Shown here: piece after piece, positions 41,813-55,194 of the stretch
How the letters are laid out: every line of letters begins with the position of its first letter
Numbering within the stretch: the stretch's first letter is position 1
Assembly (NCBI GenBank): GCA_951406725.2
Contig: OX597818.1
Location: forward strand, 7,502,001-7,566,000
Length of the DNA stretch: 64,000 bases
Origin: Octopus vulgaris
Lineage: Eukaryota
Direction: 5' to 3'
Notes under the pieces: generated by a model
The model's database searches: none
What the model was told of the DNA's origin: nothing
Seen by the model: the letters and a program-made list of their open reading frames with translations, nothing else
Program-made: the position numbers and the translations under genes

Positions 41813-42945
41813 AACAACAATCAAGATGAGGACAAGATCCGTCAAATTGTAAACAATGTAAATAATGTATATTTTTCATGTTACAGTATTTCATTGTTCG
41901 CGGAGGTTTACAAAAACGCTGTAATGCCGACGATGCCTTGAAAATGAAGGTTATTTTCTTTTAAAGATTTCTATGTATTCCCTTTAGCTACATGATGGCA
42001 CATGATAATACATAGAATTTACTTCGCAGGTGCTATCATTCTGCCATCATTCAGACAGTATGTCTGAATTGTTTATCTTACCACTGTCTTAATATACTTT
42101 TACTGACCTTAACAGTTAGCCCACTAAAATTACACCCTGCAGACTTTAAAAACACAATTCAGTAAGCAAATCAGATGCAATTTTGCCTGTAAAACGAGTT
42201 GGTCATAGCATTTCAGTATATGTCATTTACGCCACAGACAGATTAAGAAATAGTACTCTTCTGTTACAAAATAGATAACTACAAATCGGATACGAATGAG
42301 TGCGGTCCTTTTCTTCTTCACTCGATATACTATAAAGAGCAGTGAATAGTCTCTAAATCCGTCTAGAATGTCACAACTTGAATGCGTTTTGGCATAAGTA
42401 AGCTCGTTGATTGTTAAATTGAGGGTAGATTACGCATAAGAAGTAATTATTTGCAGCATGCTTTCACTGTTTTAGAATATTCATCAACTGTGCGACAGTA
42501 AATGTTAAAAATAATGAGCAAGAGTAGCAAAACTTTGAGATTTTGCATACCAAATTGTCATTTATCATTCTACACAAAACAGGTATACGAACATATCCAT
42601 TCTAAATTGATGAATGGCAAGAAAATTCTCTAAATCCATGCCAACAAGTAACATTTACAACTATTTCAAGTGCCATAATTTACAACTAGAACAAGAATGA
42701 CTCAGTATGATGTGCTTGGCATCGTAAAATTTCTATTCGCCAGTTTAGGGTTATAATTTGAAAATAAAAGTTTTCTCTTGAAATAGGTATTTGGCAAACC
42801 GCCTGACTGCAAATGTCAATCTTCTCTCTAACAGACTATATGTCTACGTATAAGACATCATTCAGCACCTACACTCATCATTGTTTATAGCTCTATGCAC
42901 GCCACTATTTTATTATTATACTCGGTCACATACATACACATATAT

Positions 42946-43043
<98 letters not shown>

Positions 43044-43825
43044 TGTATGTATGTATATATATACAACATAATACGTATACATACACATATATATGCATAT
43101 ATATATATATGTATATGTGTGTATGATGTGTGCATGAGTATGCACCTGCATTAGTGTTTTATAAATATGTAAATAATTATCAAGTACAAGATAACATCGA
43201 CGAGTGAAAAATATGTAAACACACGAGAGACCAAATGACCAAAAACATACAATAAATGCAAGGCATCACCAACGAGTGAAAAATGCGTAAAGACATTATG
43301 AGAAACAAGTACGGGACAAAATACTAGAAGTCTAACCCGTTGTCGACTGTCTATTGCTCCCCCTTTCGAGCTTTCAACGAGAAGATAGGAAACCTTCTAA
43401 AACAGAAGCATCTAAATGTTTTAACGATATAAAATTTATGGAGAGTTAGAGCTTCGAACGAAATAACAACGACAGAATGGATGTACAGTGTAAATAATAA
43501 ACAAAGACAAATATTATAGGCCGTTAGGCGAAGACGCATTTTAATGGGTTAACCCTGGAGAGAAATTCTGAGTGTATTTAGAATAAATAGAAGAGAAGAA
43601 AATAGTAGAACAGAAAGAAAGAAAAAACATGTCGGAAGGCGAACAAAATTAAAGTCCATCTAAGTCGATGTCACGTCCCAAAAAGACAAGGGACAGCGAA
43701 GAAGGAGGGGAGAAAAGGAAAATAAAGGGCATTATAGAGGGATACAAAAAAAGAAAGAAAGGGAACAGAGAGCAGAGTCGCAGAAATTATGAGTATAGGA
43801 CAAAGTTGCGTGATACATACATACA

Positions 43826-43917
<92 letters not shown>

Positions 43918-44005
43918 AATGCATATACATATATATATATACGTATATATATATGTATATATAAATATATATAAATACATACAAATCTCTCTGTATATAT
44001 ATATA

Positions 44006-44087
<82 letters not shown>

Positions 44088-44315
44088 TATGTATTATGTA
44101 TCTGATGTAGGATAGAAATTTTTCGAAAAAAGATTTTATCAATGGCGAAAATATTAAAAAATACCTTTAAAGGTTAAATTTATAAATAACTTATAAAAGA
44201 AGGGCAAAAGAAAAATTCTCATGCCAAATATGCCGAAAATAGACAAATTGTCAATAACCATTATAATTTATGCGTCTCGAAAGAAGCCGATATAAATTAC
44301 TACAAATTCCGTTAT

Positions 44316-44374
44316 AACCGTATTGGTCCCAATTTCAGAGTTAATTCATAAGAATTTTCTCCTCCTCACCGATA
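44316..44374 (-). ncRNA. Type I hammerhead motif (C3G variant)
   Basis: tatcg GTGAGGA ggag-loop-ctct GAA attgg-ga-ccaat a cggtt. Confidence 0.6.
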
Positions 44375-44655
44375 AATACGTAAGACATAAATGAAATACT
44401 TGCTCATACTCATGGAAAAAGCAAGCACTAAGTCCTGAGCAGACCTAAGTACCCCAAATATATCCAAAATAGAAAATCTTCAGCACATCTCGAGACACGT
44501 GTGATTCGAACTAGAAACTTTCACAGAATGAGAGAGTCCGGAAGTGAACACTATTATATATAATAACATATATATAATAACATATATATAATAACATATA
44601 TATAACACTATAATAGTGTTCACTTCCGGACTCTCTCATTTATGTCTTACGTATT

Positions 44656-44714
44656 TATCGCAGAGGAGGAAAAAATTCTTATGGATTAACTCTGAAATTG
44701 GGACCAATACGGTA
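44656..44714 (+). ncRNA. Type I hammerhead motif (U4A variant)
   Basis: tatcg CAGAGGA ggaa-loop-ctct GAA attgg-ga-ccaat a cggta. Confidence 0.6.
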
Positions 44715-44841
44715 ATAACGGAATTTTTTAGAAATTTAAATCGGCTTCTTTCGAGACGCATAAATTATAATGGTTATTGACAATTTGTCTATTTTCGGCA
44801 TATTTGGCATTAGAACTTTTCGTTTGCCCTTATTTTATAAG

Positions 44842-44902
<61 letters not shown>

Positions 44903-45269
44903 GGTGTGTATATATATATATAATATATACACACGTTAGATTTATGTTAGGAAAAATAGAGAAATATCTTAATAACTGAGCAATCTTTCAAGTCGATCAC
45001 ACGAAGTAATGGTTTTAACCTCCATTTTGGCGTTTTATCCAAAATCAAGACGAACCATTTCTCCATATGGTTGCCTTCATAACTTCTTAAGGTATGAAAA
45101 TATTTTCCTATTTTACTTAATATGAAATCAATGGTAACATTAATACTCAAATAAACAAATTCTATCCATGAATATGGTGTTGGCCACTCATCTCCACACG
45201 TATATATATTCCTATATGAAGCAATTAATCTATCTATGTATCTCCCTCTTCATATATATATATATATAT

Positions 45270-46195
45270 CTTCTTGACTGAAGATTGAAGGCTTCGAATG
45301 TCCTGTCCGTATTTTACGTTCTTGTCCCAGTTTGTATTTTTCTACATATAATATATACAGCAACGTCCGTACCCTCGTTGGCCTTATGTAAGTACATATT
45401 CCTGTAAATGTGGTACGACTCTACACACTGTCTCTCTCTCCTACATTCCCCTGCCTTTCACACTTTGCACTCTACTCTGATCTGTCCCCTTCTCTCTCTA
45501 TATATATATACTTCTCCTCCTTTTCTCTTTTCTTGCCTCTGATTCTTCGGTCTTCTCTTCCCCCACTCTCTCACATTTCTCTGTCTGTCTCACTTTGCAC
45601 TCACAAGCTAATCCTTGGCACGCACTCTTTCTTCTTCTCCCCTCTTTAATCCCTTCTTTCTCTCTCTTCTCCCTCCTTTGTTGCCTTCGTTCCTCTTTTT
45701 CTCTCTCTCTTTGTTTCCTTTGCCCCCTTTGTTTTCTCTCTATTCTCTCACGTGACCGCTGGTCAAAATCAGCCTTTTTGGCCTCCGACCACTGCCGTCA
45801 GAACATCGTTGTCTTCGTCTCCTGATAAATGCATTTTTTCCAAATACGCCAACTAAACTTGTTGTACTGTTCATTAGTCGTAAGACACCCGCTGTTTTTG
45901 TCCTGTTTTTACCATTATTGTTTTTTGTATTTTATATTCGTGTGGCATCGTCCGTTTTTCTGTCCTTGTTTCGTATACATTCGATCCTTCTTCCAAGAAA
46001 TCTAATGCTCGTAGCTTAGTTTTTCCTTGGGGCTGGCCGGATCGGAGCGATCTCAAGATTAATCAGCCGAAATTGCTAGGATGACCCGGTTCTTGATTGA
46101 AGATTGAAGGCTTCGAATGTCCCGTCCGTGTTTTTTGTATCATTTTCTAAATGTTTTACGTTCTTGTCCCAGTTTGTATTTTTCTACATATATTA
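45270..46195 (+). mobile_element. (TA)n-flanked element with partial terminal direct repeat (Penelope pseudo-LTR-like)
   Basis: ttcttga.tgaagattgaaggcttcgaatgtcc.gtccgt..ttttacgttcttgtcccagtttgtattt at 45270 and 46090; pyrimidine-rich interior. Confidence 0.6.
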
Positions 46196-47052
46196 TATAT
46201 ATACACGTACATACATATAAGTCTGCGTGTGTGTGAGTGTATGTGTGTGTATTGTGTGTATATAAATATAGGCATATATGTTTACATATATGCATGTATG
46301 TATTATATATGTATGTATATGTTATATACACATATGTTTACAAAAAGAGACTGTGTTCGGTGCATTATTTTGTGAATATGCATCCAAAACATAAGTTTAT
46401 TTCCTGTAATCACTTCTTTATGGATTCCTTTTGACTGCAGAGTGCACTGCTTAACTGTTATCCTTTAAGGTATGTGAATGACATTTATTAAGCGAACGAT
46501 ATGCTGAATATGTTGCCTGAAATTTACCTGATCTGTTTTTGCCGAGTTTCTCTTGTTCATTTTCAACATTACACTACGTAACGCAGTTTTTGTTCTAGAG
46601 TGACAACTGTTATATCCTATTTGCTTTCCCCTAGAGTGTAGGAAAAATTGCTAATATTTCTTTCAAACTTTGCTTTTGTTACCTTTATTCAAAGCTCAAA
46701 GAATACCTCTGAATACATGGCTATGATACACCCCCACTACTCTTACGAATTAACAGAGATGCCCATATTGTCAGTCACCGAGCGACATGCTCAAGCGTTT
46801 AAGGACAAGCAACTGACAAGCAAATCTCCGGTATTGTGCAGAATATTTGCTATAATAATATTTCTGCTGCTGCAACTGGTTGTGGAATCTGAGTGAAATA
46901 TAATGGAAAATTGGTTAGTCTCAAAATATTGATGTTCAGGTCACAAAAACAAAAAATCTGAAGGGAATAGTTGTCAATCCTTTGATTTCTAGATAAAAGG
47001 AAATAGGAACTAACACTTATTGACAAAAGACACGCACCTCACAAACACACAC

Positions 47053-47109
<57 letters not shown>

Positions 47110-47962
47110 ACACACATACACAGAGACACGCACACACACAAAATATGTTACGCAGTGTTATCAACACATTTCTAGCTTAGAAAATGTTAAAAGGATTAGC
47201 CCTAGTTTCTCCAATGTTCATAATATGTTGCTTCTTTTGCCTCACAATGTTGCAGTTTCTGCAAAATTGTCACTAGCGTTAACCTTTGCTCTTCAGAATC
47301 ACCTATTACAATACGCAGTTTAGAATTCAAAAGTGGCTGGAGCATTTTAAACAAGGTAGTTTATTCTTTGCTATAGATGTAAATAATCAGTAATAGCCTT
47401 TACTTGAAAGGTCACCAAACAATTTTACGCGAACTAGAAAATATAAAAACATAGTTTTTAATATCACCTATAAGATAAAATGGAATTCAAGGAAAGATGC
47501 ACATATTCTGATAGAAATATCAGTTTATTAGATAGAAAAACTTAATAGGATTAGAGAAACAGCATATTTTCCATATAAAAGAAATCGCATTTGTAAGGCA
47601 AATAAATCAAATCTAAGGAAAATTATAGTAACATAAAAGCAGAAATTTCCTGGATACGTATTAAATGTATACCACTTTATTCATTTTCAAGCTTGTGTCA
47701 TGGCTCCGTGGCTAGGTTAGTAGAATTTCTTCAGCAAGAATTAGCAGATCATACCTAGCCATGTACTTTTTGCAGTAAGTTAATTGTTTTAGCTAATTAT
47801 ATAGATCATGTGGGTAAGATATATTTATTACGTGAAGGAATACAATTTGAAACTTCGATTATATATACATGTTTATGTGTTATAAAACTTCAACTACCAT
47901 ATAAATTTCCTCAATTTGCTATTAAAAATCTTTGTAACACTCCCTGTATGCATATTAATAAC

Positions 47963-48008
<46 letters not shown>

Positions 48009-48087
48009 CATACAGATATGTGTGAGTGAGGGTGTGTGTAAATAGATAGATAAACAGACAGACATATAGATAGATAGATAGACAGAC

Positions 48088-48159
<72 letters not shown>

Positions 48160-48703
48160 CGATATATAATATAGGTAGACAACACTTAGTTTAGAAGTGT
48201 GGAAATGCTCTGGTGAGGATAATAAAGATATATGTTAAGGGTTATGGGTATTTGGAGGCAAAGTCTAATTTTGTGCACAGCTGCTTGTTTGAGGGCAGAT
48301 ACATGATACACAATACGTCTTATGGGTACGTATGCAAATGCACTTGCTATATAAGGGTACTTGACATATACCTTCACATATCTGTGAGTGTGTGCGTGTG
48401 TGTGTCCTTATTTGTGTGCTTCTTTATTTGTGTATAGTTGAAAGACACATACAAATAAAGACACATACAAAAAGAATACAAAATACAAAATGGCTGATCG
48501 TTAGTAAGGAGACACACACAAATAAGAAAGAAGAAAGCAAAGTACTACTGATGAGGTCACAGAAGTGTGACGAAAGAACTCTGGCCGAAATAAGATTAAG
48601 ATTAATGTAAAAAGTAAATAAAGCTGAAGCAAATTAACACCAAATATATAGTGCGTGTGTTTTATGGGCTAAACTGGCAGCATGACCATTCCTAAACACA
48701 ACA

Positions 48704-48735
<32 letters not shown>

Positions 48736-48914
48736 TCACACGTTTATATGCGTTTTTGTGTTTTAGTGTATGTGAATATCTGACCGCACATATATGTCTA
48801 TGTAAATAGGCTTATTTATATATAAAAATGGGTCTCTCCCTCTTTCTCTTTACAATATACACACATATATGCGTGTCTATACACAACACAAACACACATA
48901 TGCATATATCAATA

Positions 48915-49501
48915 TCTATAAATCTGAAATGCGAAAAGTTTTTTTGTCTGGTTTTCGAATTGGAACGGGTTAAAGGGCACTAGATCCCGTCGGATTCGCT
49001 CCAAAATTTAAAGAGGTGAGGATGTGAGTGGGCTACGTTAGAAATCCCTATCTCAAAAGCTGTAGTTACTAGGGCAAAAAATCCCCACACTTTGACAAGT
49101 GTTTGTCGCTTCTCACTTTCTCTTATCTGCCTGTCTTCCTCCGTCTCTCTCTATCCTACTTCCCTTCACTTCTCTCTATAACGATGTGTGGAAGCTTCTA
49201 CTATCTTTCCCCTGCCGCCTTCGCCAGCGCTGACACTCTTTCTCTCACATTCTCTCTCTCTCTCTCTCTGTACGTCTGTCTGCACTTTCTCTCTATATCG
49301 ACGTTTAACAGCTTCACCATCTCTCTGTCACTCTTTCTCCCACCACCTCACTCATTGTACTTCTGTCTCTATATATAGGCAGAAAGCGTGACAGTAGCAA
49401 CAGTTTAAGAATATTGAATTATTATCGACCACCACCATCGCACAATCATAACAGATATTATCAATCAGATATATTGTGTTAATTTATATATATATATATC
49501 T

Positions 49502-49537
<36 letters not shown>

Positions 49538-49895
49538 CGTGTATATAAAGTGTATATATTTGTATATATGTGTGTTGATATATACATATATGTGTAGACA
49601 TGTATATATAACGCGTATATATGTACATATTTAATGCGTATGTATATATATATAAAATGTGTGCATATGTGATCGGATTCACCTGAAAATATGCACACCT
49701 ATGTTAAAAGTGCTAGCGAGTTTGCATGGCAACATTGACCTTGCTCAATGGAAAGACATCGCCTCTAGGGCAAAATTCCTCATGTTTTAAAATGTGGCCC
49801 GCGTAGACCCGAATGAAATCGGGTCATAATGCAGAAACAAGTAAAACAATAATAAATTATTTTAATCCCGAGGAAAGCCCGGTATATCTGTCTAA
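48915..49895 (+). mobile_element. Non-autonomous Helitron-like element
   Basis: A|TCTATA start; hairpins gacccga-atgaaa-tcgggtc (49807) and ccg..cgg (49868) before CTAA. Confidence 0.5.
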
Positions 49896-50379
49896 TCTAT
49901 AAAATGAAGAAGGCGAACGTTGATACAAATTGGATTTTTATGTAAAAAGGGGTCTAAATGGGGCTAGAAGGGGATTAAAATTTAAAGAAGGGGGTAACTT
50001 GAGGTGGGAAATTGATTGGGAGATGTTTTGGGGCGCTACAGTTGTTGCTTTGCTGTGAAAACAGAGATTTTATTGATTTTGCGGGGTAATTGGTTTTCGA
50101 TCGGACACCTTTTGTCCGAATTCAATCAAATTTTCAACATGGTAAAGTGGAAGCGGATTTGTAATTTAAACGCGGAAATCTAATTTTTTATAAATGTCAG
50201 AGAGATAGATAAAGATAAAGAGTAAGAGAAAGTGAGGGAGAGTCCGAGAGAAAGGAAGAGTAAGAGAGTGGAAAAGTGAGAAACAAAGAGGGAAAATGTG
50301 GCGATAAGAAACAGAAAGAAGGCAACAAAGAGTAACAACTGCATACTCACTCGCGTGTAGATCGGGTCACCTTAAGTTA

Positions 50380-50380
<1 letters not shown>
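49896..50380 (+). mobile_element. Second Helitron-like element, head-to-tail with the previous one
   Basis: TCTATAAAATG start directly after CTAA; terminal hairpin actcg..cgggt then TTAG|T. Confidence 0.5.
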
Positions 50381-50420
<40 letters not shown>

Positions 50421-51556
50421 GGTGTGTACATATAGGCTTGAACAAATCTATAAGTACCAGCGTATGTACGTTTTCATGCGTTTCTAAATTTTTCGTGCAT
50501 GCATGTGTTTACGTCTGAAGGCCGCAGTTCGTATATAAAAAATTTTTTTCTAACGATATGTCTTCTCTATATTATTTACGCAACAACGACGAGATGGAAC
50601 GTTTGTTGAAACAGGTAAAGCAATGAATAAATTGAAATTTCAAGAATACATGTTGTTTTTAATATATTTTCAACTCTTCATGTCTTAAAGGCTATTTGGC
50701 ATTACAGATGCATTTTACATGTGATTGCAGTTGTTTAACGCAGTAAACTGCATAAACAATATTATTGTTTATTTGTCATGCATACAAAGTGCACTATAAA
50801 GTTGTATATACCTTCTATTATAATATGTCTTTGAATCTACATATATATTAATATGCATAACCCGTAATTCTTTTAGAGACATAGATCATTACATTTCAAA
50901 ACATTATCTCTCTTCGATGGAATTTATGTTCCTATGTAAGGATTTATCTGCTAAAACAATAAGCACTAAAATGTCTTTGTTATTAGTCATATATTCTATG
51001 CTTAATATAACTACGTATTTTATAAATAGTTTGATGTATTGAAAAATGTCTAAACAATTTTACGAAAAGAATACACGTAAATCATATATGAATTATTCCA
51101 AAAGCTTCCTTTTCTATTTTTCAGGTTAACTGATACATAAATATTGGATATAACTACCATACAATTCTCTTTTTCAGGCCACTCTTCAAGAAAACATTTC
51201 ATAAATATCTTGAATAACACTGGAATGTTAGAAATACAAACAGACCAGGAATATATGTTATATGTATGTGGAGGTGAGTGTGTGTCTTTGTCTGTGTGTG
51301 CGTGCTCGCGTGAGTATGTGTGTACATGAATGTGTATGTGTGTGCGTATGTGTGTATGTGTGTGTGTGTGCTTGTGTGTGTACGCGCGTGGATGACAATA
51401 TATATATGCTTTATATGCTTTTTCTTTCCGGTTGATCTCTTATCCTTGTGAAATTTATAAATATATATACGTTCAGCACAGTCACTCTAAACCTCACTTA
51501 ATCGAGTTCACTTATTTCACTTATATTTTTGTAAATCCTGCACAATATATATTTGT

Positions 51557-51629
<73 letters not shown>

Positions 51630-51729
51630 AGATATATACATTTCTATGTATATATATATGTGTGTGTATTTATATATCTATATGTAAACACACACACGTA
51701 CACACACACACACACACGCACACACACAT

Positions 51730-51766
<37 letters not shown>

Positions 51767-52261
51767 TGTATATTTACGCACACACACTCACACACACAGA
51801 TATATATATACATTTACAGAATTACAGAACGTATACGTGCATTATATACATTCGCATATCTTTATGAATATGTAATCACGCACATATATCTATGTATCTG
51901 TTCATTTGTGCATTCATGTGCCTGTATGTCATGAACTTGTTTATGTTTTTGTATAGCTATATATACACCACTGTCATTCTGAGCTTTTGTGTGTAACATG
52001 TTATAGCTAAATTTTAGTTAGTTACTAATATATAAAGAAAATATAAAATTTTACTTCGATTTGAATCTGTAGAACTTTATTGAGACACGAATATAGATTT
52101 CATACATTTCGTGAAATTTCATGATTTTTATTCTAATATTAGCAAACGCAAAGAGCCATAGATATAGTCATGCACACAACCTCACAATAACACACGCACC
52201 AGACAAATAAGAATACAAATAGTCACATACACAATACATCCACATGCACACAAATATTGGA

Positions 52262-52313
<52 letters not shown>

Positions 52314-53165
52314 ACGTATATGCATGTCTGTATTAGTGTGTCTGTGTTTTTGTTTTTCAGTTGTTTGTATGATCTGAAAGGAAACGATATGATGTACTCG
52401 CGTATGAAAAAAAGATTTTGAATTATATATATAAAAAATAATAATAATATAAATATCGACACATTCTAAAAATATATTTTAAAAAATCAAGAATATGTTC
52501 AACATTTCATAACTGCAGTCTTTGTTTTTACTTGACAGAAGAACTAGCTTCCTATATCTTGTATCAAACGCTCAATATTTTAGTGAACACAAAGATATCC
52601 AATAAGATTCCTCTATTTTATAATAAATCATTTTTTTCTATATTTGCACATTTGTAGTCATAATTTAAACACTTTTATATTTTTCCATGATATTTCTTAG
52701 TAAGTTTTCCATGTTGAAATCTTGTGTTCGTGTCAATCCAACTCACACTAAATCTCAGCTTACAATACTTTCTACATTATTATGATGGTGGTGTTTATTT
52801 TTTCCAAAACACGCCATCATAAATTCCTTCTTACAGCACGCAACAGAACTTCGCACACACAAGCACACTTGGAAGGACACATTTACGTATATATATATAT
52901 GTGTGTGTATGTATCAATGCATGCAAGTATATATGTATGTATGTGTGCATGTACGTAAGATTGTTATATGCATTCATCTATGCAGACATGAGTGTATGTA
53001 TGCACGTATATACGTATGTATGCATGCATTTATCCATGTATATATGTATTACGTATGCACGTATGAATGTATGGCAGATCTACCTAACAATCTCTACCTA
53101 TTTATCTAGAAACACACACACACACATACACATATATATATGTATACATATTTGAATGTCTGCGT

Positions 53166-53226
<61 letters not shown>

Positions 53227-53401
53227 AAAACATGCATGTATGTGTATATGCATATGTATATATGTGTGTGTATGTATGTGTGTATATATATATACGTATA
53301 TATATATGTATAAATAATAATACAATTAATATATATATATATGCATATATACACACATACAGGTACATGCCTACATATATATGTATATATACATACATAT
53401 A

Positions 53402-54217
53402 ATGGTACAGGACGTCAAACACCGCGAACAAAGTGAGAAATGAAAACATAAAAAACAAAAACATGGAAAACGATTTTTTTTCGAATAACGAAAGCAACAA
53501 ATACAGAAAAGAGACAGGCAACATATAGAAAATTCCCTTCATCAGCCTTCCCCTGTTTTATCCACTCCGTGTTTCGAAGGTAGGAACAAGGCACGACTTC
53601 GTTAAAACAGTCATTCCCGCAAAGCAAATTAAATAAAATTCGGGATTTTTTGCGGAGAGTTAAAGTAGTAACAAAAATTTCTCTCCCACCCTTTCTCTAA
53701 TTCTACTCCTCTCCTCTTCATCGTTCCCTCTCTCGCTCACTCGTCCTCCTTAACTCTCTCGTTGCTCACACGTGACCAACGATTATCTATCTTTATTTCT
53801 TCCGTTTCCTTCCTAAAGACAAGACGTGCATTTACCTGTCTCTTCTCAAAGCTCATTATTCCAGTGTTCTCCTCTTCATCTCGTTATGGCTAAACAGCCC
53901 TCACCGTGTGTTGTTACTGTTTTATTCTTACTGTGCTGTTTTTGTAACCACTTTAACCCTCAGCAAAAAAATCCCAAATTTTATTTAATTTGCTTTGCGG
54001 GAAGAACTGTTTTAATGAAGTCGCGTCTTCTCCCTACCTTCGAAATGCGGAGTAGTTAAAACAGGGAACAACTGATGAAGGGAATTTTCTTTATGTTGCC
54101 TGTTTCATTTCCCCGTTTGATTCTTTCGTTGTTCGAAGAAAAGTTCGTTTTCTTTGCTTTTGTTTTTTATCTTCCCGTTTCTCATTTTGTCCACATTTTT
54201 TGACGTCCTGTAACCAT
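53402..54217. repeat. Inverted repeat with about 275-bp arms between TA-rich tracts
   Basis: atggtacaggacgtcaaa...cccgcaaagcaaattaaataaaatt is mirrored at 53939-54217. Confidence 0.92.
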
Positions 54218-54285
54218 ATTGGCATGTATGTACACATATATATGTAGGAATGTACATATCTGTGTGTATATATATACATACATAT

Positions 54286-54318
<33 letters not shown>

Positions 54319-54319
54319 T

Positions 54320-54430
<111 letters not shown>

Positions 54431-55076
54431 GCTGTTAATCCACCAGAAATGATAAAATGCACAACTCAGTAGAAGTATAGATTATTCTTTATATAATATT
54501 CAGATAGGTCGTATTCAAAATAAAGCTACGCTTGGTTTACCAATGATGGTCAGAAACGAGGAAATCCAGATTACTGGAAGTCAGAGTTTATAATGTATTA
54601 TATATATATGAATTATATTTTATATGCATATATAAAATCTAACCGTCGGAATATGGGTTAAATCTCTTAAAGTTGTATGAATCGTAAAAAATATATATAC
54701 ATGTACACTGACAGTGGCGATAACTGCCCCATGAGTGAAGCTAGGCTCCATAGACGCGTCAGCAGTGACTTCACCGCCGCTCGGACAGTTTGGCTAAATG
54801 GATCTCTCAGTACATATTTATCCATATAAATTTATGGCTGATTTAGCGAAATGCTAATATGTATACTAAAAATTAATATAAGCAGCTGGGTGCAATATAA
54901 GACAATAAAGGAAAAATTTCGCCGTCACCAACTGTAACTAAGAGTGCTGAATAACATCTATATTGCAAGAAATAAGAGTTAAAACCTTTGATGCTGTATA
55001 AAGCGGACTATATACATTCTCTGACAGGAGATTAAATAATAGGAAAGTAAATCCATTTTCCGATATAGAATTCTGA

Positions 55077-55190
55077 AAATATTTAATAATCATAATACAA
55101 ATTTATAATAATATAAATATTTAATAATCATAATAGAAATTTATAATAATATAAATATTTGATAATCATAAGAGGAATTTATAATAATAT
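55077..55190. repeat. 38-bp AT-rich minisatellite, three copies
   Basis: aaatatttaataatcataatacaaatttataataatat repeated three times with few changes. Confidence 0.9.
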
Positions 55191-55194
55191 CGGC

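Larger units (their letters stand above)
44188..44843. repeat. Long inverted repeat centred on a (TA)-rich minisatellite
   Basis: About 235 bp of mirrored sequence; the left arm has an extra segment of about 135 bp bounded by aatga microhomology. Confidence 0.93.
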
